Of a stretch of DNA of 64,000 nucleotides, positions 24,655 to 39,146 are shown piece after piece. Positions within the stretch are counted from its first letter, which is position 1, and each line of letters starts with the position of its first letter. The notes under the pieces were generated by a model. That model ran no database searches. It was not told where the DNA came from and worked only from the letters and a program-made list of their open reading frames with translations. The position numbers were made by a program, and so were the translations under genes. The DNA is from Camelus dromedarius (Eukaryota). The DNA is taken from the NCBI RefSeq assembly GCF_036321535.1, contig NC_087436.1, positions 73,472,001-73,536,000 of the forward strand, read 5' to 3'.

Positions 24655-27600
24655 AAAAAAATCTATACCCGAAGAATTAGGTTTGGGATTACAAAAGTGA
24701 CACACCCTGAATAATGGTTTGTAAATTCTAATGGATTCTATCCAATGCTCAGAGTTGTGATGACAGCTAAAATCCCCTCAGGCTGAGGGATCTAAGAGAT
24801 CCAGTCATCCTGGGAAGTGTAACAACTAAAGATAATGTAAATAAAAGAGGAGTCACCTCCCCCGAGTTGCCTGGAGTCCAGAAAATGATGACTTTGGAAA
24901 GAGGCTTCACCAACATTTATCTCGCACTGTTCAGAGTAGATTATACTTGGCAGATATCTAGCCAACCGGGGCTACAGGGTGTGTTTAATTCTTCAGGCCT
25001 TAATGTCTGGCTATGAGACGCCTCGAGGTTATCCAATCTCACTAAGCACCCTGACCGACAGGAGGGGCCCTGGTCAACAGATACTCTGTTTATTGGAAAG
25101 GGGTGTCTATCTCCCTCTGTGAAATGTTGTTCTGGGGTCGTTAATCAGTCTCCAAAGGATTGAGTTAGTGTCAACTAGTGTCCCTGAGCCCAATTTCCTC
25201 ATGGAGGGGAGGGGGAATGACAGAGGTTGTACCTTAAGAAGCCAGAGCTGAGGACCAAATTCTCCACCTAAATACAGGAGTATGAAATACATGGCATCAA
25301 ATCCTATTTTCTTCACTGACTAGTTTTGTGACACAGGTCAGATGAGTTCACTTCTTTGACCTTTGGTCTCCTCAGGGATAACTGCCAACTTTAGGGTTGT
25401 TGGGAGGATTATTTCTAGTGTTTAACAGTTTCTGGCTTAGCGGGTATATGGGTCTGATTCCTGTTATAAAAACAGAGGCAGGCCTTCAACAACAGGGGAC
25501 CCCAACACAGCACTTCAGAAAGTCATAAACAGACATGATGCTAGCCTGCGACTACCCTCCATCCTTCCACTCCCCATTCTCCTCTTGGGTCAAATACTTG
25601 ATTTGACAGTACAGAGAAACCATGGCAAAAGACACTGTCTAAATTAGACAAATTCAGAAGGAGGAGGAAACGGATACCAGACCTTTGAAAGCAAATTTGT
25701 TCCATTGGTCTCTTTTAGCAACCAGGCTATGGAACTATTTAGAGTAGTTAAAAAAAAAAAAAAAAAAAAAAAAACCAACTGTATGCAAAATATGATACAT
25801 TCACCAGCAGGCAGAAAACATAAAAGTGGTAGAGAAGTTGTGGCACTTCTTCTGATTGGAAAAAGACCATCATTAAAAACCAGGTAGCTGATGCACAGTG
25901 GAAGCATTCTGGCTTCCTTCTACCTCAGCCAACTGACAGCAGAACACAGCCAATCTCTCACGCAAAGTGTCAGCATCAGCCCTTCTTTCCACCCACACGT
26001 TTCCAGGTGTGACCACTTCCTCGCAGGTTCTAGGCTAGCTAAACTCTGGCTTCTGGCTCCACAACAGCAGAACACTTCTCTGAGCTTTACCTCAAAGGAA
26101 GCATGTGGGAGATTTATGACTTAAGGCAAGAATCTTCCTCAGAATCAAGCCATGTCCTACCTTTGTGGTCAGACCATCAGCCTGATTTTTTTTAATATCT
26201 CTACCATCCTCCTTCCGGATGTCTGCTCTGACCTATGCCTTGTTGACTCACACTCCTTGGGTGAGCCCTGGCTGTGAAAATACATTTCCTGGCTCCTGAC
26301 AGCTGGCTTCAAACTAACAGGAGCTCCCAGTTACACTCCCGTACCTAGCTGGGCTTCAGAGATCCCAGGTCTGATCCCTAACTTCAGAGCCATGACCCCA
26401 AATTACCCAAGTTCTTGGTGGTAACCTGAAAAGGGAAAGACAACCTAAAGTTATTGACCAAAGGACTTTTATGTAAAAGAAAGCAGACCCAGATAAAGTG
26501 TGTTAATAGGAGAAATAATGTTGGAAGTAGAGGTTTTTTCCTAAGCAACCAAGAGCTGTAGAAAATCCAAGGAACTTTCAGGCCCTTAAGTAAAAGAATA
26601 ATAAGAGGGTTTGGAGGATTTTCTATAAGCAGAGTTGGGAAAAGATAAAAACATAATTTCTTTAAATGTTGCTTTAAACCAGAAATTTTTAATCTGAGTC
26701 TATGCACAGTTTGAGGGTGGATGGAGATATAAGATATTTATAAAATCATGAACATTTTGTAGATGTGTGTATATGGCTTTTTTTTTTTTTTTTTTTGCTG
26801 AAAACGTCCATATTTCATTGCATTCTTAAATACATCTATGTCCTAAAAGGTTAAGAACCAATGATCTAAACCATATACTTCTTCAATGTATATCATGGTA
26901 CTAATGAGTTGTTTATTAAAATGAAGGCTTTATAGTATAAAGAATGCTATTTTCATTCAAAAGTCATATTTAACTAAAATTCTGTACTAATCAATGACCT
27001 CAGCTTACCATACCTAAGGAATGCTGAACTATTTCCTGGTTTTGATATTGTACTACAGTGATACAGGATGTCAAACTGGGGGAGATAGGGTAAATATTGC
27101 ACAGGACCTCCCTCCCTGTACGCTTCTTTGCAACTTCCTATTAATCTACACTTATTGTATTTCAAAGTAAAACAATTTAAAAATTTTTAAAGCATAGGTT
27201 CTGGAATCTGGTGGAGTTTGGTTCTTAATCCCAGCACTATATTTAAAACTTGTATGCTGCTGGACAAGTTAGAAGTTATCTGAGTCTATTTCCTCATCTG
27301 TAAAAAGGCACAATTGCAATTCCTATCTCATAGAACAGCTGCATATACAATTTTTAGCATAGAGCCTGACCCATATAAGTATAAACTATCATGATTACTG
27401 TTAGGCCATATGATCATAGTCCAAATATCACCCTTTGCTGGGTAACAGGTACATGGCTTTCAGACATGGTTCTGAAAGGGAAAATAAACTGTCTCCTTTG
27501 GGGTAGTCTTGGAAATCCAAGGACCCTTAAAATTAGATAGACTCTTCACCTAAATTCTTTCTGTTTAATAGTAGACAAAGTAATGATAGTGTGCATTTCA

Positions 27601-29399
27601 CAAAGCTGCATATGTTTTCCATGAAGGATTATTTAATAAAACCTAAAGTTTGGAAGTGGGCCAATATTATGATTTTTAAAAGAAAAATAAAAGGAGGGTT
27701 ATGTAATTCATCATTTTTATTAATAATTTGCTTTCAAGGAGTGTATACGGCTAAGGCTAATGACAGAGAGTTGCTCAGGGTGCCATAAGAACAAACAGAA
27801 GGGGCAATTACGTCAAACTAGAGGCTCAGAACTCCGGGAGGAGATGACACCTGAGCTGAATCTTGAAGGTGAAGCAAGAATGAGCCGGTGAAGAAAGTCG
27901 CAATGGTCGGCAACAGCTGTCCCAGGCAGAAGGAACGGCAAGCTCAAAGGTGCAACCATGGTGACATGTGCTGGCAAGATTAGGCAGTTTGGTGTTCCCA
28001 CGTCAAGTTCACCGCCGCCGGGCAAAGTTCACCGCCGGGCATGATAGCTCAGGATGGAGGGGGAGGGTAAGGGCATTTAAAGAAAGTTTTTCTTTAAGCT
28101 TTCCCACTGTATGTAAATCCTAGAAAAAATATTTGCTCAAGCACTTTCATCACAGAACCGACTTCTGTGATGAGGGAAGATGACAAGACAGACTTCTTGG
28201 AAAAGCTGGGCTTGATTTTCATGAACAAACTCTGCCTTTCCTCCTCATTTTTCTCTACACGGTGAGAAAATATAGTCTTTAAGCATTCAAAAGCAGTCCT
28301 TTTTTCCCCCTTGGAACAGGTCTGATGACCTGCCCTATAAAATGTGGGATCTTAAGGGAATTCCAGAGGAAACTGGAGTGACACTTAGTCATAGAAACCT
28401 GTAGAAGTCATTGGTTTCTGCCAGTTGGCTTAGGGATACATATTTCAGATCATTTTTGGAGATTTCCAATCTAAGGACTAAACATCATTGCTAATTTTAT
28501 GGGTACCAAGAAGCAGTCGCTAGTAAAAGCAGCACATGTATTGGTTATTAAATTTGTTGTGTGTGTTTTAAACATCACAGAGCCTCCATTTTCAATGCAT
28601 CTGATCTGGTTGGTCTCAGACCAAGATACTGACCTCACATCCCAGTTGCTCTGTGGTATTTTGGAAAAGAGAGCCCAGCCCAATTCCTGCATCCCTCCCC
28701 CTCTTTCAGAGCCTGCCCCAAGGCACCTGAGAATTCAAATACATTAAGAAAGACCTGATTCACAAAGACTTGTCTTGTGCTTTATACTGAAGGGCAAATC
28801 TTGTTGGTACATAAAAAGAAATTCCACAGAGAACAAATTTCTGTGCAAAGTCCTTTGCTAACATTCCACTAGCATGTCTGAGTGTGTAGGGGGAGGAGAA
28901 ATTGCTAAGGAAACTAGGAATAAATTATATAGCACTTTCTAACACTTGCAGGTGTAAAAACACTACTTCATTCCCAGCTTTATGTTCAGTCTTAAACACT
29001 CCAAAGTGAAGAAAGGGGTTGGTCTACAGTATTGGATATTAGATGTGAAAAAGAAAAAAAATTATATAGAAGGAAAACTCATAAACAGTTCCCAAAGACA
29101 TGCCAGAATAAAAGATCCCAGGAAGAAAGACCTAGATAAGAAATTCAATTTCTTAGGTTTGTCAAATGTTTACAAACATTAAAGTTACTCAGTTCAAGTT
29201 TAATGACTTGTCCAACTAGCCCTGCAAGATCAAGATGCTTACACTCTTCCTCAACACTATCAGTCTTCTGAATTTAAGTCAAAGAAATCTTTCAGAAATA
29301 GATTATTTTAATACTGACCGAAGGAGATGGCTAATTCAATAAATCGCCTGAAGAATATTTTAGAGTCTCAATGAACCTTTCCAAATAATTTGTTCTTAA

Positions 29400-30030
29400 G
29401 GAAACTGGGTGAATTTAATATCAAACAATCACCAGGGCTATTAGCAAGGGTGGATCTCACAAATATGATGTAGAGTAAAAGCCAGAAACAAACAAAAAAA
29501 AAACCCCATATTCTATAATGCCACTGATACAAAAGTTCAAAAGAGGTAAAACTAATTTATGCTCGTATAAGTCAGAAGAATGGTTACCCTTGAAGGAGGG
29601 GGGCACAAGAGAGGCTTCTGAGATGTTAATAAGGTTTGTTCTTAACTTGGGTACTGGTTACACGGTGAGTTCAGCTTGCAAAATTTTACCAAGCTGTATA
29701 CTTATAGTTTATGCTTTTTTTCTGTGCATATGTTATGGTTCAATAAAAAGTTAAAAAATTGATAAAAATAACAAAGATCATCATGGGTCCTGCATCAGTG
29801 AAGCACCTGGGTTAAAAACCCACATTTGAGTCCAGAACAGGGAAATCTATAGAGAAGGAAAGTAGATGAGTGGTTGTGGGTGACAGCTAAAGGCTACAAA
29901 GTTTATTTTTAAGGCAATGAAAATATTCTCAAATTGACTGTGGTGATGGTATAGCACAACTCTAAGAATACAGTAAAAAACAACAACAACAACAACAAAA
30001 CTGAACTGTATACTTTTTAAAAACGAAAGC
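29400..30030 (+). mobile_element. L1ME/L1MB 3' fragments
   Basis: ggatctcacaaatatgatg..aaagttcaaaa..gtcagaagaatggttaccc and gatgagtggttg..aatgaaaatattctcaaattgactgtggtgatgg. Confidence 0.7.
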
Positions 30031-30298
30031 AAAAAAATTATAGCAAGAACTATAATTTTATACTCTTCATTGCTTCAGTCAGTTCCACTGACTGGTCCCG
30101 ATTTATTCCCCAGACTCCCAGACTGGAGATCTGGTTGTGGAATGAGTACAGATGTACACTTTCACTTGAAGAAAGAGCTAATTAAAATATCACTACTTGA
30201 GTTCCACTAGCCTCCCTGACCTCTACCTGTTTATTACTCACTGTTTCCCTTGGCTCTGTGAGCAACGCTGAGCAGGAGTCAGTACTGTGGGAAGGACT

Positions 30299-30556
30299 CA
30301 GTGGTTCTCCACCTTGGCTGTACACCAATGTCACCTAGGGACCACTGAAAACTACTAATGCCTAAATCCTACCCTTAGAGATTCTACTTAATTGGCAAGG
30401 GGTGCCACCTAGGCACCTGAATTTTTTTAAAGCTCCGCAGGGACCAAACTCCAGACACACTGATATATTGCCTACACACACACACACACACACACACACC
30501 ACACATACACAGTTCCCAGGTGATTCTAATATGCAGTCAAAATTAAGAACCACTGG
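30299..30556. mobile_element. MER5-type DNA element with internal (CA)n
   Basis: Terminal inverted repeats cagtggttctc...aagaaccactg. Confidence 0.8.
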
Positions 30557-31265
30557 TGTAGTGGTTTCCACAAAGAACTGAAAATCTAAATTCTCACTTT
30601 GCCATTTTATTAGCTGTGTGATGTGAATAAGCTACTTGATCTCTCTCAACTTTGGTATGACTTTTGAGACATACTTATCACACAGTTGGTTTTTAAAAAA
30701 TATTAATTATCCTTCCTTTTTTCCTTCCCTTCAAAAACTAGAGAATTCGGGGGGGGGTTGTTTTTTTTAAAGCTGTTGCCATGGGACTATTATCAGGTTC
30801 CATTCTGATCTTTGGTGTCCTGTGTCTAGCACTTGCTCAAACTCCTTTACCCAAGTTACTGAACCTCTTGTCCTCTGGCTCCCTGTTCCCTGGACTTGTA
30901 GATTGGGAATCTGATCCCTGCCTTGGCTGACCTCCCAGGATTTGGTATCTAGACCACCTGTCAACTCATTTCTGATTTTGGCTTCCCCTACTTGCTGCTG
31001 AAAAGCCAAGCACACCACACAGCAGACTTTGAGTCTGATCTTAAAGATCAGGTGGGAGTTAGGATTTGGATCAGTGGAGATAATGGGGTTGGGCAGTTCA
31101 ACTCATGGGAAGTGAAGAACAAAAGGAAGAGGCAGGAAAACACAAGGTATCAGGGAACATGGAGGGGAGAAAGGGTTTCTGGAGAGGAGAGGTGCAAACT
31201 AGGAGCCCGCAGGCCCAATTCACCTCACAGATGTTCTGTTTAGCCTTATTTCAAAAGGTTTTGGT

Positions 31266-31360
31266 GGGGGAGGGTATATGTCAGTGGTAGAGCATGTGCC
31301 TAGCATGCATGAGGTGCTGGGTTCAATCCCTAGTACTGCCATTAAAATAAATAAATAAAC
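31266..31360 (+). mobile_element. tRNA-Ala-derived SINE (short form)
   Basis: cagtggtagagcatgtgcctagcatgcatgaggtgctgggttcaatccc followed by (aaat)n. Confidence 0.85.
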
Positions 31361-33011
31361 CTGGTTGCTAAAATTTAAAATTGGGAGATTTCACATCAAC
31401 AAGAAAAGATGTCCAGCTTCTCTTGAAAAAGACAATGGTTTGGATAACATTGGACCCACATAGAAACAGTGGGGAGATCAGTAGCTGCTGCTTCCTTGGG
31501 ACCGGGCATCTCCCTCCAGTCTTCACCACCACTACCAGCTTCACCTCTTTATTTAATGACCTGCCTCCCTAAGTGATCGGTAACTATTTAGCCAATGAAT
31601 GAATTGGAATGGGAGGGAGAGAGGAAGAAGAGAAGGAAGAGGAGGAAAGAGAATCCCCCTATTAGTAATACTAAAGAGTTATAGCAACTCCTCACATTGT
31701 ACACCTTAAATGTACACAATGTTGCATGTCAGTTATATCTCAATAAAGCTGGGGAAAAAAATGAATGAAAAAAATATTAGAGAGTAACTTGGAAGATCTC
31801 CAATAGCACACCAATAAATGTGGACTATGGCCTAGGGTGAAAGGTACCAGAAGGCATTTTCCTATGCAGCAATATCAAGGTGACATGTTTGAAAATATTT
31901 TAGATACAACTTTAACAACCACACATGTCAAAGGAGTGCTTGCCTGACTTTATGGGACACCAGCAAAGCTAGACCCTCCAACCTTTTACCTGATACATAA
32001 TTGAGAATAAATAATAAAAAGAATGCTAATAAAATGAATAATTGTTTAAAAATATCTACTTTAAAGGTTAGTATATCTTTATACCTCACCAAGTTCCAAG
32101 AAGAACTGAAGATGGCACTAGAAGGTAGGATGAGCTCAAGTAGGAGGTACCACATCCAGAAATAACAGTTGAAGGGATTTTCGGAAATTATGAGCATGAA
32201 ATAATAGATGCGTGAAGGAAGCTGGGGCAGCAGAACACAAAAGAAGGCAAGACTTTGAGAAGGGGAAATGGCCCAGACTTATGAATGTCCAGGAGGATAG
32301 CCCTATGGCTCAAGCCCAGTACCCAGGAGACTCTGCCAGTGAAGGTTGGAACACAGCACTGGTCGGGTTGGGAAAAAAAATAAACCAAGATCTGATTGTC
32401 TGGGAAGGGACATGGTAAAACTAATAAATATTTCAGAGCCTCAGCAAAACAGGCTTCAAACCTAGAGGGAAAGTGAAGTTCTTGAAAAGAAAAGACAAGC
32501 AGCATCCAAGTGCCCAGGAGGGAAGGTTGGGTGACTCCAGCCCCTCTCAGGTAACATGGGCTCAATCCAGGCCTGCCTGATTTATAGCAATCAGACTCAA
32601 TTCTAAGATTTGCCAAATTGTGATCCTTTTCGGTTGCTGGCATGATCATCTCCTGAACTGGGTGGGTCCGAGCCTGGAGATGTCCAGGGCCTAATGTTCA
32701 CGGCAGGGGTTGGGCTAAGAAATCCCAGGTGAGCCAGGTCAACCTGGAAATCCCCAGAAATCAGCCAGAGACTTGGGCCAGGAGCTCAGGAAAGAAGTTA
32801 GGCTTGAAATAGAGATTTGGGAGCAAGAGAGCCTCAAAGCCTACAGAGGGGCCACATTTAAGGGATGAAGGGGTAGGAAGCAGTTACCATAATAGTCGAA
32901 GATTTGCACAGAAAAAGTAGTAGAACAGAACCATTTAGCACCTCAGAAGACAAGAGAGCAAGAAGTTTAAAGAAGGAGGATATTGACAGTTATGAAAGAA
33001 AGGACACACAG

Positions 33012-33275
33012 CAAGTAAGAAAGACAAAGACAAATATCATATGATATCACTTATATGTGGCCTCTAAAAGAATGATACAAATGTACTTACAAAACAGAAA
33101 TAGTCTCACAGACATAGAAAATTAACTTACGGTTACCAAAGGGGAAAGTAGGGGGAGGGATAAATTAGGAGTTTGGGATTAACATATAAAATAGATAACT
33201 AAAAAGGACCTACTGCATAGCACTTTGCTGCACACCTGAAACATTGTAAATCAACTGTACTTCAATTTAAAAAAA
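33012..33275 (+). mobile_element. 5'-truncated artiodactyl-type L1 3' end
   Basis: aaagacaaatatcatatgatatcacttatatgtgg..ggagtttgggattaaca with poly(A). TSD aaagaaaggacaca on both sides. Confidence 0.85.
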
Positions 33276-34686
33276 AAAGAAAGGACACAGACTGAAATAG
33301 TGTCCAGGATTCTTCTTTTGAAGAATTTTCACAGAAAGGGGTGGAAACCAGATTGCAAGGAGTTAAGAGTAGGAAGTCAGAGGCTGCCAAACAAATCAGT
33401 TGGTATTTATGGTAGTCAGATTTGAGTTGTGTTGTTTTGGCTGTGGAGCTGCTAGGCTATGACAAGCATACCCTGAACTCCTGCCCAGCCACCCCCTTTT
33501 ATGTCTGGAACTGTAGATATCACCTGGATCACCTATTCTTACCCAGTCCTAACTAATAACTGTACTTGTTATATTTCTTTTCTGACGTGGAAGCCAATGG
33601 CTTTCTGATTCCATCTGTGATTGCCAACAGTCCATCACAGTATGGGCTGTGTTAAACAAAGGACTGTGGGGCTTATCCCTTTGACAGCAGGGAGAGGGTA
33701 TCGAGGCAGTAGACTGACTTGAAGAAGGGAATATGGTCTTCCTCTCATTTTCACATTTGTTTTCACTTCCCAGTACCCAGTGGCCTTGGCAAAAAAACAC
33801 TGAAAAGTGTAAATGATGCTAGCAGACAATTGCCAGCCTTTTAGCACTTGTTCCCAATCATCAGTGTCGTCATGGAAAGAGGACTAAATCAGGAGTGCGG
33901 ACACCAATGGGCAGGCTGCTAATTTTATAATTGTAATCCTTTTACACAGTTCACTGTTTACATGCACGCAAAGCATAACATGAAGTTGAATTCATGGCAT
34001 TTTCCATGGTAGGTGCTCAAATATACTTGTTGAGCAGTCAGAAAATGATCATTCCTAATAAAAACAAGTTAAAAAAGAAATGTGACTTCCTTAAAAAGGT
34101 ACAAAAACTTATATTCAGACTTTATTTCCATCCCCTTTAAAAAGATAAGTAAACTGGGCTTTTTTTGTATCTCACACCAAAAACAGAAACCTCAGAGAAA
34201 ATAATTTAAGAAAATTTAAATCATAAAATTAATGTATTTTGCTGAAATATTATGGATGAAATGATACGATGCCTGGTATTTGCTTCAAAATAATAAATAG
34301 TTTAGGAAAGTATGTAAGAGTATAGATAAAGTAAGATCAGCTTTGAGTTGATAATTACTTAAGCCTGGTGATAAATATGTGGAGATTAAATATACAAATC
34401 TCTCTACTTTTATTTGTTTGACATTTCCCACAATATAAAAACATAACATACTTTGGTAAGTTAGATAATATCTTGTAAACAAAATTGAAAAGCAAGCAAT
34501 AACTGGGGGAGAAATATGCAAAATGCTGCACTGTTAGGGTTTATATCCCTAAGAGAGGAGTTCTTACAAATGAATTCTAAAGACCAACAGCTAATAGAAA
34601 AAAAAAAAAGTCAGAAATGGGCAATTCACAAAAGAAGGAAGACAAAAAGCTAATCATCATATGAAAACATATTCCACTTCACTAAT

Positions 34687-35080
34687 TATGGAAGACAGCA
34701 TAATGGACCCCCAAGGATGTTCATGTCGTAATCCTGCAGACCTGTGAATATGTTACTTTACATGGTAAAAAGGGACTTTGCAGATGCAATTAAAGATGTG
34801 GGGATGGGGAGATGGTCCTGGATTATCCAGGTGAGCCCCAAATAATCACAAGGGTCCTCAAGAGAGGGAGGCAGAAGGGTCTCCATTAGAGAGAAGGCAT
34901 TGTGACAAAGGAAGCAGAGTCAGTAAAGGAGACTCAGCGATGCTATGTTGCTGGCTTTGAAGACGGAGGAAGGGGCCTTGAGCCAAGAAGTGCAAGTGGC
35001 CTGTAGATACTGGCAAAAAAATAACCGATTCTCCCCTACAGCCTCCAGAAGGAAGCAGCCCTGCTGACACCTTGACTTTT
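34687..35080 (+). mobile_element. MLT1D-like MaLR LTR (3'-truncated)
   Basis: cctgtgaatatgttactttacatggtaaaagggactttgcagatg..gctggctttgaagacggagg..cagccctgctgacaccttgactt. Confidence 0.85.
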
Positions 35081-37443
35081 GCCTGGAGGAAAACACACAA
35101 CAAAGCCGGCTGATCTCACTTTAAATTCTTGCCAACTGACTTTCAGTGGGCCCTGGCCCTCGGTGACCCTACCTCCACCGCCACCGCAATTATGCAACAT
35201 TTCCTATCAATTTGCTCCCCCAGACAAGTATGTCACAGCTCCTCTGCTCTCCTCACATCACCCGACAGCTTCTCCGCACTTAACCTCCCAGTGCATTCCC
35301 TTTGCTGGTGCCGTTTGCTTGAGGGACTTAATCCCACAACGGTCAAGAGCAACGAAGACACTTTCACACTCTCCCACCTCTCCCGCGCCAGCACCTGCAC
35401 CCACCCACTCCTCCATCCCACCTGCTGCTTTCCACACACTGTGTTCCCACCTAGAGCCAATCCTCACCTCTCACCTACTCAAAAACATCACTCGTGCAGT
35501 TTTCTCTCTACTGGCTCATTACCATGAGCAGATAAACAGGCTTTAAAACAATAACTAACTTCCCCCACATTCCCCTCTAGCTACCATCCCATTTCTCTGC
35601 TTCTCCTTAGAGTAAAATGCCTCAAAATGTTTTCTATATTTGCTGTCTCTAATTCTTCTTCCACACTTTCTGAGCCCATTCCAATTGCCTCCATTCTCAG
35701 CACAGATCTACACGGTGGGAATCATCATTTCCATTTACAGAAGAGAACACTTGTTAAAAACCACACATCAGTCAGCAGCTGCCTCTGAAGGCTGGGCCCT
35801 TCCTGTTCATTGCTTCAGCCTGGCTCTCCAACTGTCCTTTCTTGTTTTCTGTAAATTGGACCACCCAGTGAGCCTCCTATAATACTGGCCCTGTTTGCAT
35901 GTCTTCTAAAGTGTTTATAAGATTTGATTCCAATTTGTTTATGAACCACAACATAATATATTGATTTTGAAACTAATTATATTTCAGATTTTATCTCTGT
36001 GTCATGGCTTCCATTAAGATAATGTTTTCTCTTGTAGTTACTGCTTTTAGGAAAGATTTCATGAATATTTCCCTAAGCTGTATCATATCATTTATTAATA
36101 AGTTCACTCATTAGTTTCATTTTAAGTAATACAAGCTCAACACAAAAATGTAGAAAATGGGAAACGAAAATAAGTCAGCCATAATTACACCATCAAATAC
36201 AAATAATGTTGTTAGCACTTTTATTTCCTTCCAGGTTTTCGTGTGTGTTTTTTCTAGTTATAAGCATAGCAAATATGGAAAGTAATCTTGTTCATTAAAA
36301 TATGCAAAGGAATCAACATAAGTAAAAACAGAAGTACTTAAGGACATATGATATGAGTGTTTAATTCAGCATTGAAAAAAATAGGAAATAACTTAAATGC
36401 CCATCAATAAAAGAATAGTTACAAAATTTGTTTCCTTTTCTGTAAAGTCAAAATAATACTAGTACTTTATGGGATTGTTTTAAGAATTAAATTAGAAAAT
36501 GTATGGAAAGCCTATATTACATGACAACTGATTAGAAAGCATATTATTTGTACAGCAGCTTATCTCATCAACCCTCTATTCTCTACTTCACCCTTTGTAG
36601 CTCAGATCAAAGTTCTCTAACCTGGCACCACTATTCTAGAAAGTCTCATTACTCTTTCACTTCCTAGCATCCAAAGAGATGAGTCATTCTGTCAACCCAA
36701 TAGGTATCAAGGATATTTATTCTTCTGTGTCCTACTTCCCAAAAAGATAAGTTCTGCTCACTGTTACGCAGGTATCAAACCTTTTCTCCAGCTTTGGCCA
36801 TAATTTACCAACTCTAACCTTTCAAGAGTTAAGACTGCTAGGCCTACACCCCTGGTTTTTCCTTTTCTCATCTGATGGCGACTTCCTTAAAGTTTTCATT
36901 TGCTTCTTTTCCCTTGGGGTAGCAAGAACTCGGCCTTTTTAATCCTGAGTTTAATTTCCTTGTCCATCTTTGCATATCACAAAATCAGGCATAAAACAAA
37001 ATTCCCAGCAAAAAGAATAGGGCTGGTACAATAAATATTCCTTGAAATAATGAAATTATTTTTTATTGTCAAAAAAAGACAAAAGCATGCAGAGAATACA
37101 CTATTAGAGTTTAATAATGCCATCCTTAAAAGCAGGAAAAGATTAAATAAAATTGTACTAATAATTTTAAACTATTTGGTTTGAATAAAATCTTTTTCTT
37201 ATCCCCCTTAATTTGCTAAAATGACTCTTGTTGAGTAAGCAGTATTTTACACTTGGAACAACAGTATCATCTGGATCAGTAAATAGAATCCTAGTCACTA
37301 TGTTTGTTTTTATTTGTTTTATATTCCAGCCACTTGTTTGAAGGTTTCTGGGCTCAAATACAAATACTGATATAATTTTAGAGAACAATTTCATCCAATT
37401 ATCTTCTATACACTGGAATACTCTAGAGTAAAAAGATAGACCA

Positions 37444-38089
37444 TGAAAGGGTCCAAAATATGTAACTGTGGCACAAAAATTATCCTGAGCAGAAGGCATT
37501 TGAGTTCCTGAAATCTCTTATCTGCCTAAAAGCAGAACCTCCCAAAAGAACTCAAAGAATCCAATTGTCAGAAATCAACCAGGAAAGACTCTTGTCACCA
37601 GAGATCTTGCGAAGTCTCCACATCACACCTAGGCAGGCACTGTCACAAAAACTATCACAATATCTCTCATCTATACTCCTTAGGCCTCTCATCTATACTC
37701 CTTAGTTTTTGCCTTTCTAAAAACTCATCTGTTTCTCCATACATGCCTTTTCTTCCCCTCTCCTTCCCTTATTAAGAAGTCTTTTGTTTTCCTCTAAGTG
37801 CCTTTCTCCCCTTCCCTTTCCTCTATTAAGACAGTATATAGGTACTTAAATCTCTTTACTCATCCTGCTATCTGGCCTCTGTAACCATATTAAATAAATT
37901 ACATGAACTTAAAAAAAAAATGGTAAATAAGCCCCAAACTCTAACTGCCCCCTCACATTTTCTGTGAACTCTTGTACATACCTTAATAAAAATATGTGAT
38001 TAAATTTCATCTTTTTCTCTTGCTAATCTGTCCTGTCAGGCCCCCAAGAACTGAACCTAAGAGAGCAGAGCAATTCTTTCTCCCTGACA
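37444..38089 (+). mobile_element. Solo ERV1 LTR, MER34-like
   Basis: TG...CA ends; tgaaagggtccaaaatatg..tctgcctaaaagcag..aataaa..ttgctaatctgtc..gaacctaagag..tccctgaca. Confidence 0.75.
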
Positions 38090-39146
38090 ACGTTATGATC
38101 AAGTATTTCCAGTATTTCTTTGCAAATATTGAATTTTAAATCTCCATACGGGCCCTGCTGTAAGAGTAAGCATTATTTATGGTTATATCAGCAGAACTGT
38201 ATTTGGGAGCCACAAGCAAGGTGATTACTGCCCTGGACACCCCTGCCTACCAGCCCACCCTGGAGTTTGGAAGTAGGATTGACATCAGATACAGTATGTC
38301 ATTGGCCCATAAGAGACTTCTAAATGCTTCCATGTGGTAAACCTGAACATAACCAGGCTGAACGTGTAAACGGGAGTCAAAGAGGTTAGTTGGTCAATCT
38401 TTAAAGGATAAAAGAAAAGAGACCAGGGCCCAATCTTGGGGTGATTCCTGCAATATTCAGGGCGAGGGCCACAACACTAGGTAATGACCCCATCACAGGC
38501 AGAACAGTCTCCTAAGTTTCTTCAGCCAAAGGACAGGCCTTAAAGTCACTCACTTATGCTTCTGTTCCCACACTGAGTAGGCCCTTAATAAGTAAACGCT
38601 TACTGAAGGAAGGAAGGAAGGAGGCACCCACAAGCAACCTTCTGATTGTAATCTGGCTTCCCTGTAACTTCCTGTGGGGAGAAAGACTGCTGACAAGGGG
38701 TCTCTCCCTCCCGACAGCTAACATTTCTTCTTACACATTAACAAATGAACAAACTTAAGGTTGGGGCAAGGTTCAGTCAGCGGAAGCCAGGGTTCCAAGC
38801 GATGTCTGGACCAGTTGTGATGACTAGGCTCTGCCAGGACTCAGCGGCCTGACAGGGTGTGAGGGAGCGGCCTATCACACGCGAGACTCCACCCGCCCAG
38901 TCCTCCCATCACAACACTTACCAACTGCGCAACTTCCACCGGTACCCTCCCCCCACCCACTGCCATCCTTTCATTAAAGAACAGTTTACTAAGTGTCTAC
39001 AAGGGTCAAACACCAACCTGCATGGAGGCCTGTGAAGCAGACAAAACTAGGTCCTTGGCCTCCTGTAGACTGAGGTCTGCAGAACTGCACATACAGATGA
39101 GCCAGCGGGGGAGTTTAACACAGTGTAGCAAAATCTATGGGAGAAG

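Noticed and set aside
24880..25060. Possible box C/D snoRNA (ATGATGA ... CTGA)
   Set aside because: No terminal stem next to the boxes, long spacing, and the motifs are too short to be significant.
32188..35546. 153-aa, 155-aa and 132-aa intergenic ORFs
   Set aside because: They lie in or next to decayed repeats, have biased composition and show no family similarity.
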